Shown: positions 25,323 through 37,543 of the stretch, piece after piece
Position numbering within the stretch: the stretch's first letter is position 1
How the letters are laid out: every line of letters starts with the position of its first letter
Assembly: GCA_040954595.2 (NCBI GenBank)
Contig: CM082585.2
Span: forward strand, 11,015,995 to 11,079,994
Direction of reading: 5' to 3'
Source of the DNA: Balanoglossus misakiensis
Taxonomy: Eukaryota; Animalia; Hemichordata
Length of the DNA stretch: 64,000 nt
Position numbers and translations under genes: made by a program
The notes under the pieces: model-generated
Told to the model about the DNA's origin: nothing
Databases searched by the model: none
The model's input: the letters and a program-made list of their open reading frames with translations, nothing else

Positions 25323-27063
25323 TCCCGAATTTGTCGCCAGATTGGTGATATTGCAAAGGCAAACCACGCTTTCTGCTTGTCCCCTTATTGGTGCAAATAG
25401 TTGTTACAAAGTTTTGGGGCGGTTCTATTTCACCGGAGGTGAGTGCTCGAGTGGGCACGGTTTATGCATGATTGCTTTCATTCCGAAAGTCAATATGAAT
25501 ATATCTGCCGTATATTTAATAAATAAGAACATATTTTACGTTGTTTACGTCTTTGTTATTACAATAATGTAAACTCGTATTGTATCATATTTCTGCTATA
25601 TATTACATTTCTACTCAAGTATAAGATTTTCTGCTCTCACTTGGAAGCAAACGCTGCCACATTTGTGATCATAGAGTTACACTTCGCAAAGTGTAAATTT
25701 CATTAATATGTTCATGATTTGGAGATAATGATCAGCAGTTTTGGAGCACCGGATACCCTTGCCATTAATTCATCCATACTTTACTTTTGCAAAAAGTATC
25801 GCATACCCAAGTCCAATATAAAAAACCTAGAATATTGATAAATATAAGTCATTGTCTACGTACAAAATACCGAACTGAGAATATTTCCATGTAGGCCTAT
25901 GAACCATAGACCTCTACGATCTATGATACAACAGAAATGCCATCGCTGTTTGCCGTTTGGACGTGGAGCACGTATTTTGTTTGAAATTGGTGTTGGTATC
26001 AGTCATTGCAAGTCACGAAAAATATCAACACATATTCAGCTGGCGATTACTCCTTTGCAGACATGCCTGATAAAATTGTCGCTGGTGAACACCGCTTTTC
26101 ACAAAAGTTGCAATAAAATACATTTTACGTAAAAACAATGTTGTGAATAATCGAATGTAGCACCATCGACCGCAAAGACCTGATCCATAAAATTGCTATC
26201 CACTTTTAAAAATAAAGATTGAAAGTGCCCGGTGACTTTATATTTCCTGTGTTTCCCGAGTTGTCACGCCGGGTACGGCCATCTATAATTTTTTGTGCAC
26301 AGCCACCGGCCGCACCCGGTGGCCAGTGACGATAAGAGAAGACAAGACTCATATTCAATCTAAGGATTTGTCTAAACACTAGCCATTGCAAAATTATGGA
26401 AAATCTTAGAAAACGGGCAGGATATCACCGGTCTCTGATACCCAGACTCCCCCATTCACGTTTTGACAGGGTGACCTCAGAAAGTGACCTTCAACCCTTG
26501 TCAGAGACGGAAAGCTCTTGAAAATGCATAAATGGGATATTTCTGGAAATTTTTGTCAAATATCTTGTGACACGAATGTATATTAATAATTTAATAATCA
26601 CAGCGGTTTAAAACAGGATAAAACGTGCAATGTTTGCCGATGAGCAAGCGCAAGAGAGACGGGACTTGTGGATCTAATGCCCCGGATGTAAACATTACAT
26701 TTCGACGTGTGATGGCGGACAGGTCAAATGTAATATTAACTGAGCTGTTGCAACTTTCAAACCCAGGTATGTAATCAAACGCTTTTTGATCAAATATACT
26801 ATGTCATTTTCAGCCATTTTCCCCGTTCCATTGTAAAGTGCCTCCCTACTGATTTTATTGATTTTATCTGACGCAGTCCTGTCCGGATCGGTTCGGTCGT
26901 AGCGTAGCTCGTGGGGTGTCGTCTGTCTCCATGGCTATATAAATTTTAGCAAATAGGCAGGGTTGCACGTCAAAACCAGTTTAGTGTGAAACTGGGGTAA
27001 AACTTCATCATTGCACTAAAAGGATGGTGTTCTTCCATTGTAGTTTTGTGTTTTTTCGCGTGT

Positions 27064-27089
27064 GATTGATTGATTGATTGATTGATTGA
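27064..27089. repeat. (ATTG)n microsatellite
   Basis: Direct tetranucleotide run. Confidence 0.85.
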
Positions 27090-27537
27090 TCTACATGAAT
27101 ATTAATTACATGTACAGCATGATGCCATTGATGGAATAAATGATATGCAGACGTCGTGTAACACAATATCCAAACAGGGTCCTGGCTGTCCACACACTAG
27201 AATACCGTGCACTACTAGTCTATAATTAATTAGTCTGGTGACTTTACTAAACTTTCCTTTATAAACAGGTGGCCTTTATAGATCTATTGAATCTGGTACC
27301 ATTTCCAGCTTTTTGAAATGTACACAACACCTTACTGTCTATGCTACCAGACACTGGTTCTGAGTGCCATATCGACCGGTGTGAGGAGATCCCTGCCTAT
27401 CGAATGACATGTTTTCTTCCTGTTTCATAGGTAAAAGAATATGTGAAACAGTTAGCAGCTAGGAAATGTCCCATACAGAACAGACAGTTTGAAGTCTTTC
27501 ATGTGGTTTTAGAGTTTGACTGTGCCAACTTGCCAAG

Positions 27538-30500
27538 ATGCCGTTCTTCGGAAGGAAAAGGAAGAAGAAGAAGGACAAGCCAGAGCCGCCACCGCGGTCA
27601 GATGCGACACGTCTTAGTGTGACTGTCGGCGAAAATATCTACATGACAGCGCCTGGTGTGAACCAGAGACTGGTTGCTGCGGACTCTGGTGGCAATAGTG
27701 GATCTAACGTGGACCAAGCGGGCTACGTCAATAGTGTGCCAGTTGCTCCCGCTCGGCAGGGGTCCAACAGAAGAACAGCGCCTCAACCCCCACCGCGCGC
27801 AGGAAGCGCGAGGTCAAGCGTGTCCGATCCGGCTGCCGGTGTTGAGCCGAATGTGCCGTCGACAGTGGTTTTCAACGAGCACTACGATGGCAGTGTTGCC
27901 TCGGGAGGTGTGATGAACACAGATGATGCTGACATTGGGATGGATTTTGAGGATCATGGTGTTGCCCCCTGGCAGACCACCCCTGTGGAAAAATGGAATG
28001 AGCAGGACGTCATCGATTGGTTGCTGGCAGTGAAACTGGATTATTTTGTTGACGTTTGAAGGTATGCTGTCATACTATGTGTCTGATGTAGAATAATTTT
28101 ACAAACCAGTGGTAGAAAAAAGTAATTTGTATGTACGCTTTTGTCATTGAGATGATATTGATTAACATCAGCAGTACGTGAAAATAAATCTCAAACGCAA
28201 TGTTAAGTTAATATGCATACCATTGACTGATTGTTTCAACTCAGTACATGCACTGCACGTGGCTATGACAGTTGAATACTTTCAATTCCTCACTTGTGTG
28301 TATATCATGATTTTGATACATTACCTTTGCTTTGATATTGTACAGGATGTGGTATAGATGGTGATTACCTTTCGCAAGTCACAGAAAGAGATCTACTTAA
28401 GTAGCTTCTTGGCATTTACACTATACCTTTCATTAATCAACTATTATTTCCTGGACTGTAAATGCTAGCTGATGGTATTGGGATGTAGAGATGAATACAA
28501 CCAATCATGCAATTTTTCAGATACGTGTGTAATGTATTATTTTTTTTACATATTTTGCAGTTGATTTGGATATTGAGGAGGAAGACATACGAGCCTCCTT
28601 TCTGCTAGAAGTTGAAAAACTGAAGAAAAGACCAGAGTCATCACCTGTCGTGAGTGTACAGCCGTCAAATAAGAAAGAGATATCGACCCCTGACAACAGT
28701 ACTCTTGTGGAAGCATCGGGAGAGTTGGAAACGCTCCTCAAGTTACAAGAAGACCAGGAGAGTCGAATTGATGCCGATATTGCCAAATTGAAAGAGGAGC
28801 GAAAGCTGGCTGATCAGCTGATTTCCAGCCACCAGACGTCTATGCAATCAGAACCACAGAATGTGGAGTCTTCCAAAGTACATGTGAATTCCCATGGAGA
28901 GGAGAAACCAGTAGGAGGTGGTGAGTTTGTCGTATGTGTTTCATACATTTTGCTTGAAATCATCTGTCTGCAGAAAAGTCAGAAGATACATTTTGATTGT
29001 TCGGTGCAACTGAAAGTTGAATTCTTTGACGAAAAACTTTTTCTCCTGTTTGTCTTGCTGTGATCCAGGTGGCATAATCAGTCCGCCAACGACATTCACG
29101 GCTGATGGAACTCACACAGTGCCTGTAGAGGAATGGACGGATGGTGATGTCATCAGGTGGCTTGAAGTAGTCGGCCTCAGCAAGCATGTGCCAGCTTTCA
29201 AAGGTACCAGCACGCTCAAAATAGATGTCAAAAGCCGTTTATCGAAAGCTGATACAAGCAGTAGTTTACTACACGTAGTCTACTCTGAATTGTACCTTAT
29301 GTTTTTTATTTTCCGAACTCCCCGACCTTGCTGATTGTCACCCTCCTCAAAATTATGTTGTCCTTCATCTGTCATAATATTACTGTTGCTGTCTCGATAT
29401 CATGACTAAACTACCACATTTCATATCATAATAATAGCATGTTGATACCAGCAGGCGGTGTACATGACAAATGAGTTACAAATGGCAAGAAGGTCATCGT
29501 TCAATGCACTTTGCAGTGAAAACAATTACAGCCTTAAAAATGAAACCTTTCTTTCCTGGTGATAATTTCCTTGTCATTGTGGTGAAATTTTTTCCTGTTT
29601 AGTCTTCATATAAAGTAGGTTACTGGTATGAAGAAACATTTTGACACGTGGCTGTATACGAGTCAATGCCTACACTCACATAGACAGTATTTGTTATGAA
29701 ATTTCCCAACTGTATGACCATTACAATGCCACTTAGTGTATATAAATACTCTCCAGTCTCACTCTTTTGGTTTCTTTTTACAGCCAAACATATTACAGGT
29801 AAGGATCTTGCCGAGATTGATCTTCCATTACTTGGTGAGTTATGACATCTTTGCTAAAAAGCGTGTGACTCACAGTACATTCTACTATGGCATATGATTT
29901 TTTTTATCTAAAAATATTTTAATTACATTGCATTAAATTTCATGGCGACTTGTATTGTAAAAATATTCTGTCTCTACAGAGGATATGAACATCAAGTCTG
30001 CCAACGAAAGAGAAGAGGTATTATCCAAAATCTATGAACTCTTCAATCCAACCGCTGCAGCAAATGCAGATCAGTTTCTCAGTAAGTAAAAGTCACATTG
30101 CTTGTCTTTTTAGTGGTTCTAGGGCGATTCCCCCGTGGAGATTTACCCACAAGACACTTACCTCAACCCTCTCCCTAACCATAGCCTATATTGTTTGTTG
30201 GAAATGTCCATATGGTAAATTGCCAGGGGGTAACTTTCCTAATGATATCTGTACTGAAGAATATTTTACATGTATATGATGAATAACATCACATCTGGTG
30301 AAGTATTGTAACAGTATATGTGAGTACTCTTTGATCAATGGTCCACACTGGTCCACACTGGAAATATGTAACATCTTCCTTTTACATTCAGTGTATTATA
30401 TATATATTGACATATCTCTGGTGAAATAAATTCATTCATTCATTCATTCAATACGCCATCTTAACATTTTCACTCTCAGACGAAGCACAAAAATCCACCG

Positions 30501-32036
30501 GCTATGAGAGGCAAAAATACATGGCAGCAGTCAGTGCCTTAAACTCCCAGGAGAACGGCCAGCTACCACCACCAGGGCAGTCTAACGGAAGTACTATGGA
30601 CATTGTCAAGTCCGTGGAACAGAGTAATGGGGGCAAGCATAAGGAGAGCAAAAAGAGGTCTCACAGTGGGTAAGTTATAAGATATACGTTATCTTCAGAG
30701 AAATTACAGCATTTTTCCACAGTCCTGTATTCAAGAGACGCTATGTCAAAATGTTTATGTAAGCCAAACTGACCCCTCATCAGTATTCAAATTTGCACTG
30801 TTACAACTGAATCTGCGAACTTCATTCAAAACCAGTTCAGTTTAGTGTCCCAGACTAGTCACATATCATAATTCTTCGCTTCAGTTCCCTATATATGGGT
30901 CAGTTCATACAAAAGAAAACAGTAGATATGTCAATTAGAATTTAAAAGTTGATTGATTAATGTTTAGAATTTAATTGTTTGAGATACAAAAACAAAACTT
31001 TGTTATGTAAGCAATTCTGTTTAGGATTTTTTGCAAAAGAAATATTGATTTTAAAAATAGCAGCTGTCGTGACCATTTAAATAATTGTTTTACTTCTGTG
31101 AACCTGTTGTACAATAAACTTTGACCTTTTTACAGAAAAGGATAAACATTTCTATAAAGATCTTATTGTAAAAGTGTTAGCATGCACATTAATGAGTCAG
31201 GTGCTTGATAAGATGTCAAAAATAAATTTTGTAAGATAACCTCATTGTATTATGTAGAGAGTGCCCCCAAAACATGTGTAGACTTTACCCTTTTTCTTCA
31301 ACTATTTCTGTTGCAATTATCAACTGAATTATAAAAAGAGTCACAGTATAGTTACTTGTCCCTGTTATGATTTACTTTTTCTGGCATTTGAATTATTCAA
31401 AATGCTGCACTTCAGAAAAACATGAAATTGTGGATTTTTCTGTTTCTAACATTTCAAAGAAGGTGGAATTTTATTTTTTCCCCTCGTTAGATTTTCTAAA
31501 TTCAAAGAAGCAATATCACCAAAATCACTAAAGAAGAAAGATTTCAAAGACTCCAAAACCGCCCAGATATGGTCAAATACTAACCATTCAGGTAAGAAGG
31601 AAATGTTGTATATTAAACGCATATCTCAGTTGATCAGTTAGTGCAGATGGGTTTATGTATTGACAACTGTATATTGCCTGAGACACCTATATTATAGTAC
31701 ATGTATCTATAAAGTATTAACTAAATACAATGTAAGTACTCAGTTGAAGTACTAGCACCAAAGAGTATAAACCAGTTGAAAACCAGTATTGATCAACGAT
31801 AATCAGTCAATTCAAATATCTTAATATACACCATCCATATTGAGAATGTAACTCTACATCTCTGTAATGCATATTTCCATTCCCTGTCTGGACAGGTAAA
31901 TTCCGGTGTGATTCATTCCACGCCACGGACTCCACGACAACGGATGAGATGATCCGTCAGTGCCTGGAGCAGCACAGCCTGGTGGAAGATGCCAGACTCT
32001 ACAGTATTGTGGAAGTGCCTCTGGTGAATGACGATG
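27538..32036 (+). pseudogene. 5' part of a gene with two SAM domains and a Ras-association (RA)-like domain; lesioned and 3'-truncated
   Basis: Exons 27431-28061 (ATG 27538), 28346-28396, 28561-28920, 29069-29203, 29784-29834, 29980-30081, 30480-30669, 31491-31591, 31896-~32036. SAM starts PVEKWNEQDVIDWL and PVEEWTDGDVIRWL..F..KHITGKDLAEIDLPLL; RA-like DSTTTDEMIRQCLEQHSLVEDARLYSIVEV. Lesions: frameshift giving TGA at 28057-28059, and donor TTAAGT instead of GTAAGT at 28397. Confidence 0.75.
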
Positions 32037-32048
32037 TGCAATTCACAG

Positions 32049-33475
32049 TACTGATTCCTACATTGAGGTTTTGGACGGATCCTGATTACATCCGGAGACT
32101 TACGAGTGGGCCCGGAAGATGGCCGTGGATGCCTTGGAAAACGATGAGTCTGCAGAGGAGAATAATCCAGCCGGAGCGTTGGATGAAATCTTGGAAAATC
32201 CTGATAAGCTGAAGGATCTGAATTTAGATGCTTTCGCCGAGGAATTGGAAAGACAGGTGGGTAGTGTCGGCCATGTTGGCTGATTTCAGTCTTTGTTTAA
32301 TAGTTATGGTGAGCTATTGTTGATTTTTTTGGTCCAATCTGGTATATGTATTTAAACCATTGGGACCTTATGGGATCGGTTGCGTCTGTAGGTTTTGTTA
32401 TTCTCTGTGGTCTGAACTGTGTCTGTCTCGTTCAGGGTTATAAACGGCAACAAGGGTATCATGCTGTACGACATTCGGGCCGAACTGAACTGCCGCTACA
32501 AGGACCTGAGAGTGCTGTACCACTCGCCCACCAGCGACGAGCGCTTCAGCATGCTGACGAAGGAGACCCCGGAGACGTTCTTTGAGGGCAAAATGATCCT
32601 GTGCAAAGTGACGGGCTTTGCGCATCGGCGACCTCGCGGCGAACAGCTGGACCAGGCCGACCCGGTGCAGATTCCCGAGACCAGGCTGTGGCAGTGTCCC
32701 TTCTGTCTGCAAGACGACTTCCCGGATCTGACGGAGGTAAGATTGCTAGATGCTCCCGGAAATAACCCACCCCCTTTCAAAATTAAGTTGTATTGATATG
32801 GATGGTACATGTATAAGACAGTTAAATATTCAGAAATTTATTGTTCAAATGTTTTACACATACTTGTATATTCAAAATATTTTCATACCTCTGTGTCATT
32901 CATCATTTATGGTTATTGTCAGCAATTCTGTGTGAAAATGTGTTTTGTTTCCCCATTTTCTGTGTTCCTAGCTTCCATGCACTACTCTAAAACGTATATA
33001 AATTTGGACTCACAGGTATGGAGTCATTTTGATGGCAATAAATGCCCAGGTCAGACAGTTGGTGTGAGGATGAGACTTGACAATAAAATGGGAGGTTTCA
33101 TCCCAACCAAAATGATCAGTGATAAACATGTCAAGAATCCTGAAGAAAGAGTACAGGAAGATTCCAACAAAAAGCAAAACAGGAGAGGTGAGCAAAGTCC
33201 TTTCCAGTTAAAATTATAACCATTTTCATCCGCCTTTTCCAAAGCTCTGGTATTTGAAAAATGGCGTTGGCATGAATGCACTGACACAACTGAACATTGG
33301 TTATTGCCGTGAGAGCTGGAAGGTCTAATTAGAGTCCTTCAATTTTGTTGTCATGACAGCCTATGTGAAGAGGGTCATCGTACACCCGTCCTTCCATAAC
33401 ATTGACTACAAACAGACTGAGAAACTGATGGAATCCATGGAGCAGGGCGAGGTTATTGTCAGACCAAGCAGTAAA
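32049..33475 (+). pseudogene. SUPT6H: Internal fragment of transcription elongation factor SPT6 (SUPT6H), intron-containing, with lesions
   Basis: Exons 32049-32256, 32436-32736, 33016-33187, 33360-33475 encode [83 protein letters not shown] and [20 protein letters not shown], matching SPT6 as recalled. In-frame TGA at 32083-32085, a 4-nt insertion at about 32441 and an internal deletion at 33156. Confidence 0.92.
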
Positions 33476-33546
33476 GTAAGGCTCTGATGATGATTCTGAA
33501 TCTGAGAATAGCGGTAAACTTCCCCCCATGCCTGTAAATAATAAAT

Positions 33547-33590
33547 GTCTCTCTCTTTCCCTCCCTCTCTCTCTCACTCGTCTCTCTCTC
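33547..33590. repeat. Imperfect (CT)n tract
   Basis: Pyrimidine dinucleotide run ending just before taatatccag. Confidence 0.75.
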
Positions 33591-33736
33591 TAATATCCAG
33601 GATGTAAGTATATAGTCCCTACTTTTATCATTTTAGTCAAAGATTAATTTGTTGATTTTAATTTCGTTTCAAATGTACAATGAATAATGTTTGTAGGTTA
33701 TACTATTTTTTTAGCATTTACGTTATATTATTTTAG

Positions 33737-33950
33737 CGACGTGAATTCCTCGGGAAAATACAGGAGGCAGCTGAACATCCGAATATACAGAAAGAAATAT
33801 ATTGAGGGCGTGTTATGTTGGTTGGTGCGTTTGGTGCAGGGAAGACATCCACCAAACGGAGTCTATTCAATGAGCCCTATGAAGAAAGACATCAAAGTAC
33901 GGATGGAGCTGATATCTACAATATTGACATCACTGAACGGATAATAAAGG
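33737..33950 (+). pseudogene. Isolated exon encoding the start of a Roc (Roco-family) GTPase domain, with a premature stop
   Basis: ttttag| RREFLGKIQEAAEHPNIQKEIY*GRVMLVGAFGAGKTSTKRSLFNEPYEERHQSTDGADIYNIDI |gtattt: P-loop GxxGxGKTS plus switch I STDG. TGA at 33803-33805. Confidence 0.75.
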
Positions 33951-34209
33951 GTATTTTATATTTTCAATTCTTATAGATTCCATTTTCAGAGCATATAATT
34001 CTGCCGTTTAGACGTTTTTTGTTAGTAACATTTGACATACTAGTCTAATGAATTTTCTTTTTCTGTGGAGCTGTGTGACTGTATAGTTTTGTTTGTGATG
34101 CACATAATTTTCCCACTGTCAGTGTTTTTGTCAATTATGCAAGTTCAACCTTTCCGCTATGATTTCCGGAATGCATTCTGCCATGGTCGCCGGACTTTGC
34201 GATGATGAC

Positions 34210-34675
34210 ACACACCTAGTGCGTGAGAAACTTTGCACACCATACGGGCGTCAGTTCTGAATGTGGTTACATCCATGCATAAGCCCGCATTCCGAGTTCA
34301 TTTGTCGGAATTGTACAAGTAGAGTCTTTGTATAATTCTTCAGCCTGCGCGCTATCAGTATTGTAAATGTTAAAGTACATCTTTGTCCTTTTTACACTGC
34401 AGCTTAATTGGGCTAAAGTGTTTTGTACAGACCCCACGTGGGCAGTTTGAAGTGTTTTAAGTTAAGATGATCTGTATTTTAGTGAGTACATGCAGTCAGT
34501 TCTACCGTACATTGGGGTGGCAATTGGAGTTCAGTTCTGGACTTATGTTGGTCCAGCCGGGACTGCATGCCTGAGGCTTGTCCTGTATGTCCATGGGCTG
34601 GCCTTTATGTAACCACATTTCCAAGGTGTGAACTCGCCCGCATGGTGTGATAAGTTTCTCACGCTGTAGGTGTGT
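34210..34675. mobile_element. Putative MITE-like non-autonomous DNA element
   Basis: Imperfect inverted repeats of about 65 bp (34210-34271 vs about 34607-34675) with perfect 9-bp tips acacaccta/taggtgtgt and a GAC direct repeat on both flanks (34207-34209, 34676-34678). No transposase ORF. Confidence 0.55.
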
Positions 34676-37543
34676 GACAATGATGTTGGAAACAGTGGTA
34701 ACCCTAAACCTCTCAGAAAACTTTCATTAATTTTCAATATCCTGTAATTTGGATAACAACACCCTGTGTTGGAACTACTTAAGATAATAAGTTCTTGAAA
34801 ATAGCCTGAAAATAGTTTACATTTCACTGTTGTACTTGATTTATTTTTGTAAACAACTGCAATTATAATGTTTACTGAAAAACAAGCAATTTCCAAAAAA
34901 ATGTCAATGAATGTTCATACAATAGTTCCAATGGTGGACCGTTTGTTCCTCTGGGCTGCACTGTTTATCGCGTCGAATAGTGACGATGAGAAATTCTGAA
35001 TTTCACAATTGTTGGGCGCTGCATTTTTTTAGTGCAAATGCCTGAAAGGTAATACTCGTGTGATAAGTTGACCAAGTGCTTCCTTTTATTGAATATAATT
35101 TATGGTGTGTTGGTGTGTCACCATCTATCGTTGCCAAGATGTACAACTTGGGTTCACTTCTGTCGATGAAGCATGACCCAGTCTCCCTCTTGGTTGATAG
35201 GATAGGTACAGTGAACGAAGATTTAGACATAGTTATTGTGAAAATCTGGCACTTTTAAAAGTTCAAAGTTTTCACTTGAAGACACTTATGATGTTATCCA
35301 ATGCACATAAGTAAACTGCTTTTGTTTGATCAAGTTGGGGTTTCATGTTTGCTTTTCCCAGGTTCATGAATATCGCTCAGTGGGGTTGGCAAGTATTGCC
35401 AAGGACCCTCCATTGCATAAGTCTAGACATTTATGCCCAGTTCTGAATCTTATTGGAAATGTTAACAATGTAAAACACTACTTAACCACACAAGAGCGTA
35501 TGTCTGCAACATGTAGGCCTACTTACCGAAACACTCGCCATGTTTCTAAGCAAATGTACCAAAACTACAGCCAGAAACGGGATTTTCTCTTTGAGGATAC
35601 AACATAAACTGACAAAGGAAAGTCCTGACTGGAATTTTTGATAGACTATGTCAAAATAAGTGAGTGTCAAACTTTTGTGTTCGTTGACACCGTGTCGTAT
35701 AGTTCTTGATGGGTACTGTGACCAAGTGCCACGTATCACACACGACGGGGTCAAACTTTACGCTAATTTATCAGCTGTTTGTGACCACTCTGCTCAGGAC
35801 ATGGTTGACTCAAAGTAACTTTCAAAAGGTCGATTCGGGTGAGGAAAACTGGATAGCAGTACGCCCCCACAAGTTAAGGGGAGTGATTACTCATAACTGA
35901 GGACTCATGCAGAGTGTTAAAATGCATTTATTTGAACATAGTGGTACAAACGGCCTATCAGTGACCTTCATACAAATAATCGACCAGTGATCAAAATAGA
36001 GAGAACACTGTCAGACTGTGCAATGTTGAAACTACCCCTAAACCTTAACCTCAAAGCTGAAAGAAATGACCAGGAGATCATCTGGTTAGCTGCTCCTGTC
36101 AAACTTCCGGTTGAAGTGCCTCGTTGGCCAAAGCGTGCATGAAGACACACAGACTTAAAAGAAACAAAAAGCACGTGTGAGTGCGCCGTACAGTTCGCTG
36201 TATACGGGGAATGTGAAACTCCCAGAGTCAGACAAAAGCTGCATACTGCACGTATATACGATGTTTTTATCAAAACGTGAGCAATTCTCGGGCATTGACT
36301 GTTTAGATGGTGCAATCCGTGTGTTTTACAGATAAAGAAGGCGCACCTTTAAAAGATAAACCAAACATCATACTTTACATTTTACAGTTCACAAATAGCT
36401 CTCAACATGTGCAGATGTAAATCACTGAACGAATCTGCTTGTTTTCCATCTTATAATGTAAATCAGATGTAAATATAAATAATGGCAACCTGTACATGTT
36501 GTTCAGATGGTTCCTTCACTGTTCAATGAGAACGCCCTCATTAGATGCATTCCGTACTCCAGTTAATATGTGAATTGGATACATGCCACGAAACATACAT
36601 TACATCTAAACAACTATCAGACTTTACTCATATTCATATCAAAATTTCAAAAAAAAAGATAAATAGTGGAAATTGTCTCTTGAAACGCGCTGTAATGACT
36701 CGTGAAAAGTAGTGCACAGATTGTAAATCTCAAATTAACAAATCGTAGTTTTGGTATAAAGCGATGCGATCCGACCGCATCTTTTTTTAACCATACTCAT
36801 TTGGCACCGTTCTCAGTTCGCATGCAGTCAGAAACATCATCAACCCTTCGGCGACCAAGAATGGCGTGGCCAGGTGTCGCAGCGAAATCCAACGAATGTC
36901 CTCCGCGCGGTTACTGTCTCACAGGGACATCGACGCACGCGCTTAGCACTTCCAAGTTTATAGCATGCGAAAGTGGTGTTAGAGTGCTAAAAAAACTCGT
37001 GGAGCTTCCAGAAAAAAAATGTTGCTGACTTGAAAGTGGCATATAAAAGGCGAGATAACTCACATAATGTAATCGTTAGTGCCTGAGCTATTCCAGAGTA
37101 CCATTGCAGTAGCAATTATTTTGTCACAGTCATGTCACCATGATTTAAATTAATTTTTACGGTGAAATGGATTAACAATGCGATGCAATATAAAACACAA
37201 CATTCAAGTATATTTCCACGCGTGCGTCCAGCTGAAACCCGTTTCCAATTTGAACTGAAACACAATTGAAAACAATGGACGCTCTCCGCAGACCGGAAGT
37301 TCGAGTTATTCGAGTCGCAGGTACGCGATGGCAGCGGAAGTGACGTAGTAGTGTCCCAGGTCGTTCGACAAAAATTATCAACCGGTGACACACAGAACAT
37401 TAAACCCGAAAGCAAATCAGGATGTTTCCAAATGATCCGTCAAGATTCTCAAAAAGTAAGGCATGCAGTGTGGTTGTGACTGATGTAATACTGTGGAGTC
37501 TTACAGGAACAGATCTTCTTCTCTTTAAAAGAGCAAAACACAG

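Noticed and set aside
26301-26325. GC-rich hairpin gccaccgg-ccgcac-ccggtggc
   Set aside because: No CTRR terminus or other context; intrinsic terminators do not apply to this eukaryotic locus.
31949-32212. Functional RA-SPT6 fusion protein
   Set aside because: Read-through enters SPT6 out of frame, the SPT6 frame has its own stop, and upstream exons are already broken.
34186-34220. Helitron-like 3' end (gtcgc..gcgat hairpin, 12 nt, CTAG|T) right after the captured fragments
   Set aside because: The stem is only 4-5 bp, and the CTAG lies inside an inverted-repeat arm whose homology continues across it; no 5' terminus identified.
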